Positions 20,840 through 31,865 of a stretch of 64,000 nucleotides of DNA are shown piece after piece. Made by a program: the position numbers and the translations under genes. Source of the DNA: Ignavibacteriae bacterium HGW-Ignavibacteriae-1 (GTDB taxonomy: Bacteria; Bacteroidota; Ignavibacteria; Kapaibacteriales; UBA2268). The stretch spans positions 3,218 through 67,217 of the forward strand of contig PGYU01000011.1 in the NCBI GenBank assembly GCA_002839825.1. Reading direction: 5' to 3'. The number at the start of each line of letters is the position of its first letter. Positions within the stretch are counted from its first letter, which is position 1. Below the pieces are notes generated by a model. That model worked only from the letters and a program-made list of their open reading frames with translations, did no database searches and was not told the DNA's origin.

Positions 20840-22261
20840 TTGCCAATGAGCAATTCAAATCAAATTGTAAAAAATATACTTTCGATGGGCACAGCCGAAA
20901 TCTCCGCTAAGGGATTGGCTGTAATTTATACATTGTACCTAATCAGTACAATCGGTCCCGAAAGCAATGGTGCTTTGAGCTTTGCCAAATCAATCGTTCA
21001 GTATTTTTTTATAATTGTTATGCTCGGATTTGACCAAGCAGGCATACGTGATGTAGCTCGCAATCAAGCATTGTTGCCAAAGTACGTCGGTTCGATTTTG
21101 ATGCTCCGAACGGCACTTGCAATTTTGGGCTACATCGGCATTATCATCACTACTCACATAATTGATTCATTCTCGCCGATTGCAGACGTCACCAAGCGAA
21201 TGATTTATATTTACGGCATTTTGCTATTCGGTCAAGCGACTTTGCTCACATGGGTCTATATGGCTGTCGAGAAAATGCACATATTAGCAATCAGGTCGCT
21301 TGTTCTTGGCATTCTGAATTTGGTTGGCATTATGGTCTTCGTCAAAAGTGAAAGCGATGTCGAAATTGCTATCATTATCATCACATTTTCATTCTTGGTC
21401 AATTCGATTTGGATGTTTGTGCATTACAAAAGCACTTTCGGCAAAATTGATTTTTCGATTGATAAAACATTCATCCTGAGTTTGCTCCGCCAATCTTTCA
21501 GCATTGGCTTGATTTTTTTGATAGCAACAATGTACAATAACATTGATATCACGATGCTCGGAATAATCAAAGGTGAGCGAGAAACAGGAATTTTCGCCGC
21601 TGCTCATCAGTTGCTCGCGTTCTTGATACTGCCTACGCTAATCCTTCAGGGAGCTTTTTTCCCGAAATTTTCCCGAGCCACAAACTTTGAGGAAAGAGAT
21701 AAAGTAGTCAGTATTTTTTCGAGAATCAACTTTCTTTTGGGCTCATTTATAGCTCTGAATCTATTCCTTTACTCCGACTTAATCGTTGTGCTATTGGGAA
21801 ATCAATATGCAGAATCCTCCGGTGCTTTGAAAATTCTCTCTGTGACGATATTTCTTCAATACATTGTAGTAAACTTTTTCCAACCATTGATAGCATGGAA
21901 ATTTGAAAATAAAGTAATAAAAGCCACTTTAATCGGTTTGACTCTGAATGTAATCGTTAATATGATTCTAATTCCCATTTACGGATTTTATGGAGCTGCA
22001 ATTGCTACGATATTCAGCGAACTTTCGGTTTTGACAATGATGATATTTTTATTTAGAAAAGTACACGGAAGTTTATATCTTTCCAATCTGGCTAAAGCTT
22101 TCGTAGCAACACTTATCGGAGTATCGCCCGGATTTGTTATGCTCGCACTTGGACTAAACATGTATTTATCCGTCATAGTTACTGTTACGGCATGTATTTT
22201 GATTTATTTATATACCAAATTGGTTGATTTCAACGAAATAAAGGGATATTTGAAGAAATGA
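20840..22261 (+). CDS. Wzx-type polysaccharide flippase
   Basis: 12-14 TM helices, IDITMLG, LIPIYGFYGAAIAT. Confidence 0.85.
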   Translation: MPMSNSNQIVKNILSMGTAEISAKGLAVIYTLYLISTIGPESNGALSFAKSIVQYFFIIVMLGFDQAGIRDVARNQALLPKYVGSILMLRTALAILGYIGIIITTHIIDSFSPIADVTKRMIYIYGILLFGQATLLTWVYMAVEKMHILAIRSLVLGILNLVGIMVFVKSESDVEIAIIIITFSFLVNSIWMFVHYKSTFGKIDFSIDKTFILSLLRQSFSIGLIFLIATMYNNIDITMLGIIKGERETGIFAAAHQLLAFLILPTLILQGAFFPKFSRATNFEERDKVVSIFSRINFLLGSFIALNLFLYSDLIVVLLGNQYAESSGALKILSVTIFLQYIVVNFFQPLIAWKFENKVIKATLIGLTLNVIVNMILIPIYGFYGAAIATIFSELSVLTMMIFLFRKVHGSLYLSNLAKAFVATLIGVSPGFVMLALGLNMYLSVIVTVTACILIYLYTKLVDFNEIKGYLKK

Positions 22262-23385
22262 AATATGATTATCTGATAGTTGGTGCGGGTTATGCCGGAT
22301 GCGTTATGGCAGAACGCATTACAAATGAATTGGGCAAGAAGGTACTGATTGTTGACAAACGCGACCACATAGCCGGAAATGCTTATGATTATTACGACGA
22401 AGCGGGCTTGCTCGTGCATAAATACGGACCGCATATTTTTCATACTTCATCAAAAAAAGTATGGGATTACTTGTCGCAATTTACCGAATGGAATCCCTAT
22501 GTTCATCATGTCAAAGCAGTCGTAGAAGGCAAATTAGTTCCTGTTCCTTTCAATCTGAACTCATTATATACAGTATTCCCTCCCGATTTCGCCCGAAAAT
22601 TGGAAAATAAGCTGATTGCAAATTATGGTTTTGGACTGAAAATCCCGATATTGAAAATGCGTGAAACCGACGACACGGATATTAAATTTCTTGCCGAATA
22701 TATTTACAAGAATGTTTTCCTTGGCTATACGGTTAAGCAATGGGGCTTGAAACCCGAAGAATTGGATTATTCGGTTACTTCGCGAGTGCCTGTTTTCATT
22801 TCGCGCGACGACAGGTATTTCCAAGATACTTATCAAGGCATCCCAAAGCATGGTTACACAGAAATGTTCAAAAAAATCATAGCCAACAAAAATATCAGAA
22901 TCCTTTTGAAAACCGATTATAAAGAAATTATTGACGATATTAAATTCGACAAAATCATATATTCAGGTCCGATTGACTACTTTTTTGATTATTCCCACGG
23001 TGAATTGCCATACAGAAGTTTGAATTTTTCTCTCGTAAATTTCGATTTAGAGCAATTCCAATCAGGAGCTCAAATCAATTATCCCAATAATCATGATTAT
23101 ACACGCATCACCGAATTCAAACATCTGACAATGCAAAAGCATCACCGCACAACTGTGGCTTACGAATATCCGCAGCCATATGTTATCGGCGAAAATGACC
23201 CGTATTATCCAATTCCGCGAGCAGAAAATGACGAAATTTTCAAGAAATATGCCGCTGAAGCCGAGAAGCTCAAAAATGTGATTTTTGTGGGCAGATTGGC
23301 AGATTATAAATATTATAATATGGACCAGATTGTTGGAGTGACTCTACAGAAATTTGAAAAAAGTATAGCAAATTTAAGAACATAA
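22258..23385 (+). CDS. glf: UDP-galactopyranose mutase
   Basis: GAGYAG, HKYGPHIFHT, RITEFKH, PYYP, GRLADYKYYNMD. Confidence 0.95.
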   Translation: MKYDYLIVGAGYAGCVMAERITNELGKKVLIVDKRDHIAGNAYDYYDEAGLLVHKYGPHIFHTSSKKVWDYLSQFTEWNPYVHHVKAVVEGKLVPVPFNLNSLYTVFPPDFARKLENKLIANYGFGLKIPILKMRETDDTDIKFLAEYIYKNVFLGYTVKQWGLKPEELDYSVTSRVPVFISRDDRYFQDTYQGIPKHGYTEMFKKIIANKNIRILLKTDYKEIIDDIKFDKIIYSGPIDYFFDYSHGELPYRSLNFSLVNFDLEQFQSGAQINYPNNHDYTRITEFKHLTMQKHHRTTVAYEYPQPYVIGENDPYYPIPRAENDEIFKKYAAEAEKLKNVIFVGRLADYKYYNMDQIVGVTLQKFEKSIANLRT

Positions 23386-24809
23386 TGCAAGATTTGAACA
23401 AATACCCTCTTTGTGTGGACTTGGACGGCACTTTGATTAGAACTGATATAATGTTCGAGTCAATTTTCCTTTTGTTGAAGAAAAATATATTTTATATTTT
23501 CATGATTCCCCTTTGGTTGATGAAAGGGCGTTATGAATTAAAAGAACAATTGGCAAAGCACGTCGAGCCAAATGTTGATATTTTGCCATATAATGAAGAA
23601 GTCATACGCATTTCCGAAGCCGCTCATGCCGCCGGGAGAGATGTGTATTTGGTTACTGCTTCGTATCATACTATTGCGGAAAAAGTCGGTCAGAAATTCC
23701 CCTTTTTCAAGGGAACCTATGCTTCGAAAGACGGAATTAACCTCGTGGCAAAAACGAAATCCGACTTTTTAGTCAAACAATTCGGCAAAGAACAATTTGA
23801 TTATGCGGGCGACAGCTACAAAGACCGATTTGTTTGGCAAAATTCTCATGGCAAAATATTAGTCAATTGTTCTGACGAAATGAAAAATGAATTTCAAGGT
23901 CCGGAAACCCAAATAATAGACGACAAAAGTCAATCGAAACTAAAATTATTAACCGAACAATTACGCGTTTATCAATGGGTAAAAAATACGCTTGTGTTTT
24001 TGCCGATGTTGCTTGCTCATGTGATAGACCAAAGCATGATAGTCAGCAGTACGCTTACATTTTTCGCATTGAGTTTCATGGCATCTGCAATTTATGTAAT
24101 CAATGATTTATTCGATATTGAAGCAGACCGTAAGCACGTTGACAAGAAAAATCGCCCACTAGCATCCGGCAGACTTAAAATCATTTCTGCTGCTAAACTT
24201 GTCCCAATCCTATTTACTATGGCAGTAATATTAGCTTATTATGCCAAAGGTTTTGATACATTGGGTGTGATTTTGATTTATTTTGCCGTAACTGTGTTAT
24301 ATTCCTTGTGGTTCAAGCGATTAAACATGGCAGATATTATAATTCTGGCAGGATTATATACATTGCGATTATTGATTGGGGGCGTTGCTACGGACACATT
24401 AATTTCGCATTGGCTTTTGTCATTTTCGATGTTCTTCTTCCTATCGCTGGCAAGTTTGAAGCGATTTATAGAGCTGAAATCTATTGAAATTAATAATTCA
24501 AGCAAATCCGTTCGCGGCTACAACACAGACGATACATTATTGATGATGATAATTGGTGTAGCGTCCGGATTAATCTCAGTGCTTGTTTATGTACTTTATA
24601 TAAACTCACCGGCGGTTGCGGTGCTGTACAAAAATCTTTTTTTAATGTATCTTATCGCACCTGTTTTATTATATTGGATTACACGGACTTGGCTTTTAGC
24701 CAATCGCGGGCAAATTCATCATGACCCGGTCGTTTTTGCATTTCGTGACCGAGCAAGTCATTTCGTAGTAATTATTATATTTATTTTATCCGTAATTGGA
24801 ATGTTATAA
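23385..24809 (+). CDS. HAD + UbiA fusion: polyprenyl-phosphate phosphoribosyltransferase-like
   Basis: DLDGTL HAD motif; R..QWVKN, YVINDLFDIEADRKH..K..RPLASG, C-terminal DPVVFA. Confidence 0.88.
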   Translation: MQDLNKYPLCVDLDGTLIRTDIMFESIFLLLKKNIFYIFMIPLWLMKGRYELKEQLAKHVEPNVDILPYNEEVIRISEAAHAAGRDVYLVTASYHTIAEKVGQKFPFFKGTYASKDGINLVAKTKSDFLVKQFGKEQFDYAGDSYKDRFVWQNSHGKILVNCSDEMKNEFQGPETQIIDDKSQSKLKLLTEQLRVYQWVKNTLVFLPMLLAHVIDQSMIVSSTLTFFALSFMASAIYVINDLFDIEADRKHVDKKNRPLASGRLKIISAAKLVPILFTMAVILAYYAKGFDTLGVILIYFAVTVLYSLWFKRLNMADIIILAGLYTLRLLIGGVATDTLISHWLLSFSMFFFLSLASLKRFIELKSIEINNSSKSVRGYNTDDTLLMMIIGVASGLISVLVYVLYINSPAVAVLYKNLFLMYLIAPVLLYWITRTWLLANRGQIHHDPVVFAFRDRASHFVVIIIFILSVIGML

Positions 24810-26104
24810 TGGAAACAACATTATCATTTGGAAATTACCCCAAATTAAGCAATCAAAATTTAATCAAGTATTTTTGGGTTAATGATTTACAAAGAATTGG
24901 CGAAATTAAGGGCGATATTTTGCCCTATGGTTTGGGCAAAAGCTACGGAGATAGTTGCCTAATTGACGGCGGAACATTGCTCGACATTTCCGGAATGAAT
25001 AAATTCATTAATTATGATGAATTATCAGGAATTTTGACCTGCTATTCCGGTGCGACTTTAGCTGATTGCATAGACTTTTTGCTTCCTCGCGGGCGATTTT
25101 TGCCGGTCACTCCGGGAACTAAATATGTAACACTCGGTGGTGCTATTGCAAATGATGTGCATGGCAAAAATCATCACAAAGCAGGCACATTCGGATGTCA
25201 TGTCACCGAGCTTGAACTGCTCCGTTCGGACGGCACATTGCTTCAATGCTCCGAATCAATTAATTCTGAATTATTTGCGACTACAATTGGCGGGCTCGGG
25301 CTTACGGGCATTATTACAAAAGTCAGCTTCCAAACTGTGGAATGTCCGGGACCAATAATCGAATCAGAAAGTATTAAATTTCGGACATTTGAGGAATTTT
25401 TCGATATTACGCAAAATTCCGAAAATTATAATTATACCGTTGCTTGGGTTGATACAACTAAACCAGGCAGAGGATTATATAATCGCGGTAATTTCGCTCC
25501 CAAAAGCAGACAAAAACCGTATAAGTCCACAAATGGCAAGATGTTGCCATTTCCGTTAAATATGGAATTAATTAATCCATTAACCGTAAAAGCATTTAAT
25601 ACATTATTTTATAATAAACAATTGTCTAGAATTAAAAAAGCAGATGTATCTTTCGAGCCATTTTTCTATCCTCTCGATGCAGTTGACGGTTGGAACAAAG
25701 CCTACGGGAAAAAAGGTTTTGTGCAATATCAATTTGTAATTCCGTTCGATAATTATATAAATGTACTAAAAGAAATATTTAATTTAATTACACGCTCAAA
25801 ATTGTCATCTTTTTTGACTGTATTAAAAACATTCGGAAATATTAAATCGCCCGGCATGATGTCATTCCCACGAGAGGGCGTTACGCTTGCCATTGATTTT
25901 AAAATGATAGGCGATGCATTACTTAAAATATTAGACGAATCCGATAATATCGTCAAATCAGTCGGGGGAGTTGTCTATCCTTGCAAAGACGCTCGAATGT
26001 CATCCGAAAATTTCAAAGCATTTTATCCGCAATGGACAGATTTCGCTAATTATATAGACCCAAAATTTTCGTCAAGTTTTTGGAAAAGAGTAACAAAGGA
26101 ATAA
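24809..26104 (+). CDS. DprE1-like FAD-dependent polyprenylphosphoryl-ribose 2'-oxidase
   Basis: GLGKSYGD, PVTPGT..VTLGGAIANDVHGKNHH, FFYPLD, QYQ, KDAR. Confidence 0.88.
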   Translation: METTLSFGNYPKLSNQNLIKYFWVNDLQRIGEIKGDILPYGLGKSYGDSCLIDGGTLLDISGMNKFINYDELSGILTCYSGATLADCIDFLLPRGRFLPVTPGTKYVTLGGAIANDVHGKNHHKAGTFGCHVTELELLRSDGTLLQCSESINSELFATTIGGLGLTGIITKVSFQTVECPGPIIESESIKFRTFEEFFDITQNSENYNYTVAWVDTTKPGRGLYNRGNFAPKSRQKPYKSTNGKMLPFPLNMELINPLTVKAFNTLFYNKQLSRIKKADVSFEPFFYPLDAVDGWNKAYGKKGFVQYQFVIPFDNYINVLKEIFNLITRSKLSSFLTVLKTFGNIKSPGMMSFPREGVTLAIDFKMIGDALLKILDESDNIVKSVGGVVYPCKDARMSSENFKAFYPQWTDFANYIDPKFSSSFWKRVTKE

Positions 26105-26106
26105 TC

Positions 26107-26847
26107 ATGAAAACAGTATTAATTTATGGCGCTACATCTGCAATAGCTCAAGCTGCAGCCGTTAATTTCGCTCAAGATAAATGGAAATTATTGCTTGTCG
26201 CAAAAAATGAGAATAAATTAGAAGATTTATCGAACGATTTAAAAACTCGTTATTCGGCAAATGTCGCAACATTTTATTTCGACGCAATTGACGAGGCAAC
26301 ATATAAAAAATCCTTTGATGAAGCACTTGCAAGTGCCGGAGTGATTGATGCCGTTTTGATAGCCCATGGTACTTTGCCCGAGCAAGATAAAATCTCGGGC
26401 AACTTAGATGCCATCAATCGCGAAATCGTCGCTAACGGCATTTCTGTGGTTAATTTGGCAACAATCGCCGCTAATTATTTTGAACCTTTGGGCAAAGGTA
26501 TGATTGCAGTGATAAGCAGCGTGGCAGGAGACCGTGGCAGACAAAGCAACTACATTTACGGCGCTGCGAAAGGCTTTGTCAGCACATATTTCCAAGGTTT
26601 AAGCAATCGAATGTTCCATAAGGGCGTATCTGTACTGACAATCAAGCCCGGTTTTGTTGATTCGCCAATGACATCACATGTTCCGAAAAACTTTCTCTTC
26701 ACATCATCCGCTGCCGTCGGCAAGAGTATTTTCGATGCAATAAAAGCGGGAAAATCAGGTGCAATTTATGTTCCGGGCTATTGGCGTTTAATCATGTGCA
26801 TAGTAAAATCCATCCCCGAATCTCTTTTTATGAAATTGAAGATGTGA
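26107..26847 (+). CDS. DprE2-like short-chain dehydrogenase
   Basis: GATSAIA, SSVAGDRGRQSNYIYGAAK, KPGFVDSPMT; follows the DprE1-like gene. Confidence 0.85.
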   Translation: MKTVLIYGATSAIAQAAAVNFAQDKWKLLLVAKNENKLEDLSNDLKTRYSANVATFYFDAIDEATYKKSFDEALASAGVIDAVLIAHGTLPEQDKISGNLDAINREIVANGISVVNLATIAANYFEPLGKGMIAVISSVAGDRGRQSNYIYGAAKGFVSTYFQGLSNRMFHKGVSVLTIKPGFVDSPMTSHVPKNFLFTSSAAVGKSIFDAIKAGKSGAIYVPGYWRLIMCIVKSIPESLFMKLKM

Positions 26848-26858
26848 TATAAATAAGA

Positions 26859-26885
26859 AAACCCGCCGAATTCTGACGACGGGTT
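26859..26885. terminator. hairpin between convergent genes
   Basis: aaacccgccgaattctgacgacgggtt. Confidence 0.5.
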
Positions 26886-26907
26886 ATTCAATTTCCGGGA
26901 TTAAATA

Positions 26908-29900
26908 CTATCTGATAATATTTAACATTTTTATGATACTTTGCTCCGATGTTTGGACTCTGACAATGTATCTACCGTTGCTAAATTCTGATAAGCTAAT
27001 TTCTTCAATTATTTCATCTGAATAGACATTCCCCAAATTGCGAAGTAAAATCACTTGTCCGTTGATGTCATAAATCGAAATTATAACATCTGATGGATTT
27101 TCCAAAGCAATTTTCACTTGAATTTTATCCGATGTCGGGTTTGGCATAATTGAAACATCGCATCCAATCGCCACATCGTCAACAGATTGAACGTTTAGCG
27201 AAGTGATTTCATAGTTTGACTTCATTGGCTCAACATTGCCTACACTATCAATTGCTTGACTAAATAAATGGTAGGTGTGGGTTAAGTCCAATTCTACGTA
27301 AACCGTTTCTTCATATCCGGTTACAATCGGCACATACTCGCCTCCATCCATCGAAGCGTGAATGATTCTGTATCTGACTCCACTTTCGTCATCATTGCTG
27401 ATTCCCTCGATTCGATACAAATTCGCTTGTAATGTTGAATGAATTGAATTCAATTTGCTTGTTGGAGGAACTAAATCCAATTTATTGGAATAATTATTTG
27501 TAGTAATTGGAGGATTCAAGTCGAAAAATATATCAGCTTTCGCATTAATTTCGACTTCATTCCCCAAAGTGTTGAGCAAATTAACAGAATATGACACATT
27601 GCCTTCTCCTTCCGGCGAAGTTTTGTTTGGTGGAAGGAAACCTCCGTCCGGGTCTTCAGTCAAGTCCATTGTCTCGGGGTCTAGTGTGATGAATTGCCAG
27701 TAAGCAATTGCAGTTTCGGTATCAAAATTGGCATTAACACGGACTATATTTTTGAAACTACCTTCGGGTTCGATATCTAAAGTAAATTGTTTCAATCCTG
27801 TCATAGGAGCATAAGTTTTGCCGCCAAATGAAAAATTTCCGAAACTGAATGAATTCAAATCATATTTTGTCTTATCGAGCGTATCAATTATGACAACTTC
27901 TTGTGCCGGAGCTGACGCAGCGGCTAAGTTCTCGAAGGAGATAGTATATGCAAATCCGTATGTATTGACGAAATTTTCCGATGCATAACCACCTGGACCG
28001 GCAATTTCATTCGGGTCAAAACTCGAAACTGCCGCTATATCCTTTTTACCATTGCCATATTTAGTGTAACACTCTCTGCCGGCTTGAATCCCACCATAGA
28101 TATTGTTAATGACCGAAACCACAGCGACAGCCGTTTTATAAGCTTGTTTGAGTGGCAAAGCATCGCTGGCGCATCCGGCAATTACAAATGCAACATCCTT
28201 CACTGTGCCACCCCAACCCCAAATTTTTTCTCTCCAAGTTTTTGGACGATTATAATCAGGGTTTGTAGGGTTGGGTGCTAAATATCCTGCCGGATCCATA
28301 GTGAGGTTAAGAATTGAATTGGCGCATCCAACGCCCGGAATTAAATTATTAACAATATCCGCAATTCCGTCTTTCATTGCCTGGAACATTACTGCACGCA
28401 AACATGCGGCTGTCTTTTTGTCAATAGCAGCACTGAGTACCTCTTCATCTTTAAGAACAATTCCACCGGGAACAATTTCAAACATTGGCTCGTTAAACCA
28501 CGTGTAAGCTTTGAAGCTTTCGTTGGTACGGATTCTTACTTCGATTTGCCCGCTGAAATTAGCAGGGATTATCGGGACAAAAAATGAGTATAATCTGACT
28601 TTTTGAGGTCCGTCAAAATAGCCGTAATGTTCAATAAAATCAGGCTCATTTAGCAATTCGGCATATTCGGGATTGGATTGCCAATACTCACTCTGCGACA
28701 TTTTCAAGTTTTTGAATTCAATCTCAAGTCCCGTGGGCATTGTAATCATGAAATATATCGGAACACCGAGAGCGTCATTATTGCCAATATTACCAAAATC
28801 AATAGTATATGTTTGCCATCTTCCGAATAGTATTCTATCTCGACCATTGAAATTAGCATAAGGTTGTGGTTTGGTAGCTTGTACAATTTCGAATCCATTT
28901 TCAAGCTTCCATTTTGTACCGTCTGGCAATTGAACAACTACGTCATATGTGTTTAGTGCTTGATCAGTTAAATCAAATCTTGCTTCCAATGCATCGAGTT
29001 GCGCAAGTCGCACACTTTCCGGATCCAGGTATTTAACTCCGCCTTTTTCGAGCCAAACTTTACTTCCCTCTTTGAATCCTCCGCCATAGACATTTATTGT
29101 AGCATAACCTTCATTCCCGGCGCTCTTTACAAAGACTTCCCGAATTCCGTTAACAGTAACAATTTTGCATAAGGTATCACTCCCTAATTTGTTATTTGCA
29201 ATCAAGCAAACATCATATACTCCGGGTATTTTATAAGTATGCGAAGGGTGAACTTGTTCGGACTTGTTTCCATCGCCAAAGTCCCAATTGTAAGTACCGC
29301 CAAAAGTTGTCTGATTTTGGAATGTGAACGTGTTTATAGTATTAAAAATATCAAATTCAGCTTCGGGTATGAAAGCCCTTGTATAAGCACTACTCCATAA
29401 ACCGGCTGTATCGAGGAATTGTATAGAAAATGTTTCCGCACTTTCGTCAGGAAGTTCTATGATGCTGTTAAGCTCAAAAAGTTTGACAGCTTTCTGCAAT
29501 TTTACAGTTTTCGCATTATCGAATTTCCCATCAATCCAATAGCGATATTGAACAATCAAATTTTCATCAGAATTTCCCGAACCCGCTTTGAAAAATATCT
29601 TAGAAATTACCGGACTCCACAAATCAGACTCATCTTTGAACCTAACATTCAAAGTATGAAAGCCCGTGCTCAATGATTTCAAATCAGCAAATTCGCTGAT
29701 ATCAATACCGCCGTCAATTTCAATAATTTGGTGTGAATCATAATCATCATCAACCCAATATTCAAGCTCGACAATATTATTTACATCTGAATTTGATTTG
29801 CCTGCTTTGAAAAAATATTGAGAAAATGTCGGGCTGAATTTGCCGACTTTATCTTTGAATCTAATATTAATTGTATTAAAACCTGAAATTACTGCGGACA

Positions 29901-30066
29901 AATCTAATTCGGTTTCAAGTTCGAGCACAGCCGTTGGCGCTACTGAGCGAGTAATTTTATTTCCAACATCTTCATTAACCCAATATTCGTATTCGACAAT
30001 TTGATTTTGTGCGGATATTGAATTAATCAGAATAGGAAATAATAAGAAAAAAATAAACTTTTTCAT
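26908..30066 (-). CDS. large secreted protein with PKD domain and T9SS type-A C-terminal domain
   Basis: Signal peptide; three EY.YW.D repeats; WDFGDG PKD; SFDPNEIAGP; terminal PNPTSD...IYDING...NGRYIV. Confidence 0.85.
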   Translation of the reverse strand: MKKFIFFLLFPILINSISAQNQIVEYEYWVNEDVGNKITRSVAPTAVLELETELDLSAVISGFNTINIRFKDKVGKFSPTFSQYFFKAGKSNSDVNNIVELEYWVDDDYDSHQIIEIDGGIDISEFADLKSLSTGFHTLNVRFKDESDLWSPVISKIFFKAGSGNSDENLIVQYRYWIDGKFDNAKTVKLQKAVKLFELNSIIELPDESAETFSIQFLDTAGLWSSAYTRAFIPEAEFDIFNTINTFTFQNQTTFGGTYNWDFGDGNKSEQVHPSHTYKIPGVYDVCLIANNKLGSDTLCKIVTVNGIREVFVKSAGNEGYATINVYGGGFKEGSKVWLEKGGVKYLDPESVRLAQLDALEARFDLTDQALNTYDVVVQLPDGTKWKLENGFEIVQATKPQPYANFNGRDRILFGRWQTYTIDFGNIGNNDALGVPIYFMITMPTGLEIEFKNLKMSQSEYWQSNPEYAELLNEPDFIEHYGYFDGPQKVRLYSFFVPIIPANFSGQIEVRIRTNESFKAYTWFNEPMFEIVPGGIVLKDEEVLSAAIDKKTAACLRAVMFQAMKDGIADIVNNLIPGVGCANSILNLTMDPAGYLAPNPTNPDYNRPKTWREKIWGWGGTVKDVAFVIAGCASDALPLKQAYKTAVAVVSVINNIYGGIQAGRECYTKYGNGKKDIAAVSSFDPNEIAGPGGYASENFVNTYGFAYTISFENLAAASAPAQEVVIIDTLDKTKYDLNSFSFGNFSFGGKTYAPMTGLKQFTLDIEPEGSFKNIVRVNANFDTETAIAYWQFITLDPETMDLTEDPDGGFLPPNKTSPEGEGNVSYSVNLLNTLGNEVEINAKADIFFDLNPPITTNNYSNKLDLVPPTSKLNSIHSTLQANLYRIEGISNDDESGVRYRIIHASMDGGEYVPIVTGYEETVYVELDLTHTYHLFSQAIDSVGNVEPMKSNYEITSLNVQSVDDVAIGCDVSIMPNPTSDKIQVKIALENPSDVIISIYDINGQVILLRNLGNVYSDEIIEEISLSEFSNGRYIVRVQTSEQSIIKMLNIIR

Positions 30067-30078
30067 ATTATCCTCACT

Positions 30079-31122
30079 TTATTTGTTTTGTGCTTCAACT
30101 TTGAATTCAATTTTCAGCTGACCTTTTGGGTTTGTCATTGAACTTACCTTGCTGTTTTGAATGATCGGGTTGACAGGGATTCCAAGTTCTTTAAATGGAT
30201 TTGACGTGCCATAAATTCCTACTTGTGTGCCATCGGTGCCATTAATTGCGCTAAGTGCCTCAGGTGTAAGGTGGTAATTATCATCAAAACTCAGAGGACC
30301 GCCTGAATAATTAACAAAGATATCCTCCAATAGCATATAAACATTGCCCTCGCTTCGGACAACACCGTTACCATTCAAACCCGGCTCGTGGCAATAAAGA
30401 TTATTCAGGTATTGAATGTTTTCAAAAGCATTTACATATCCAAAATTGCCAACTGTTACAATGTTATTTTCGAAAATACAGCCCCAAATGCCATTGAAAG
30501 GGTTGTTATCAATTGTAACAAAAATGTTGTTATAGAATTTTGCATTAGCGAAATGAGTTACTAAACGTGCAGTAACACCTGTTTGTCTTAAATAATTATT
30601 GCATACAATGACATTTTTGGCCTTTCCACCATAAATAGCACCTTCTACCATATTTTCACGAATTACGATATTTTCTGCATTATTAAAACCGTCCCAAGTA
30701 TATCCCATTAGTAGAACATTGAAATAGCATCGTTGGATGACATAATTTTTCACGTTAGATGTCGCATGGTCGGTACCGAATGTTATTGCTCCCGAGATAT
30801 AAAGACCCTGAACTGATCCGCCACTGCCGGCATCAGTAATTGTCAAAGTACCGGTACAATATGTAACTGAATTAGTTCCGTTGATTTTGGGGTTATAACC
30901 TGCACCGATGATGTGCAATTTCTTGTTAACGACTACATTTTTTAGATCGAAATTTCCTGCGGGCAAATACAGGATGTCGTCTGTTTGAGCTAACTCGATA
31001 GCGCTAATCAAATCAGTCGCCACCTTAGTTGTTCCGTTTTGAGAAGTGATAGTAATCACTGATTGGCTGAATAAGCCGATATGCCATGAGAGCATAATTA
31101 GAAAGAAAAGAACTTGTTTCAT
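30079..31122 (-). CDS. secreted right-handed beta-helix-like protein
   Basis: Signal peptide, AI..AQTDDILYLPAG, Asn-rich NN.F repeats, DGTQVGIYG. Confidence 0.65.
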   Translation of the reverse strand: MKQVLFFLIMLSWHIGLFSQSVITITSQNGTTKVATDLISAIELAQTDDILYLPAGNFDLKNVVVNKKLHIIGAGYNPKINGTNSVTYCTGTLTITDAGSGGSVQGLYISGAITFGTDHATSNVKNYVIQRCYFNVLLMGYTWDGFNNAENIVIRENMVEGAIYGGKAKNVIVCNNYLRQTGVTARLVTHFANAKFYNNIFVTIDNNPFNGIWGCIFENNIVTVGNFGYVNAFENIQYLNNLYCHEPGLNGNGVVRSEGNVYMLLEDIFVNYSGGPLSFDDNYHLTPEALSAINGTDGTQVGIYGTSNPFKELGIPVNPIIQNSKVSSMTNPKGQLKIEFKVEAQNK

Positions 31123-31865
31123 TATAGACTCCAATAATAAAGTTAATCCATTTGTTAAATGTATAAATTCTATATATCAAAATACTTAAAGCTCATTCTA
31201 AAATCTCGTTCAGGGAAACGGTGGGTTATCAATTTAAGTCAGAATCAAAGGATGGTGAATATAAAATTATTACTTAATGTTAGAAAATTGTTTGTCCAAA
31301 GTGTAAGTTCGTGCATTCTGTATGTCCATGTAAAATTTCTTCACCCATATGGTCGGATAACAGGAACAATTTATGAAATAACAAATCGAATAAGCGCTGA
31401 CGTTTCACATTTATTCCTAATTAATGTCACACATAGAACAACAAATATAACACTTTTCCATTAATAAACAATTGAAGTATCATTAATTAAAATTAATTTT
31501 GCTTGTGAGTGAAATGAGTTGGGATATACCGAGCAAAATGGCAACGACAACGATATGGATTACAAATTGTCAAAGCTGATGGTAACTTCGAATCAAAGCG
31601 ACTCGTTTCTGGGAGTAGTTGTGGAGTAGGCCAGGCTGTGATATTATTTTATTAAATTCCACTGAGGATCAACACCATCAACATAGTAACTATACCATGT
31701 TTATGTATTGACGGCCCAGAAGTCGAGAGCTAAAACTTTTGGTAGAGAATTTTTATCAAAAGTTTGCCCATTTATTTCCGACAAGAGTAGAGTAGTTAAT
31801 ATATTATAAGCAAGTTGATTGTTTTTGACATTATCACTTTTCAAGTTGAACATTTGTGAAAATAT

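Noticed and set aside
31159-31464. 101-aa plus-strand ORF
   Set aside because: No recognisable motif; lies in degraded AT-rich DNA opposite to the regional gene orientation.
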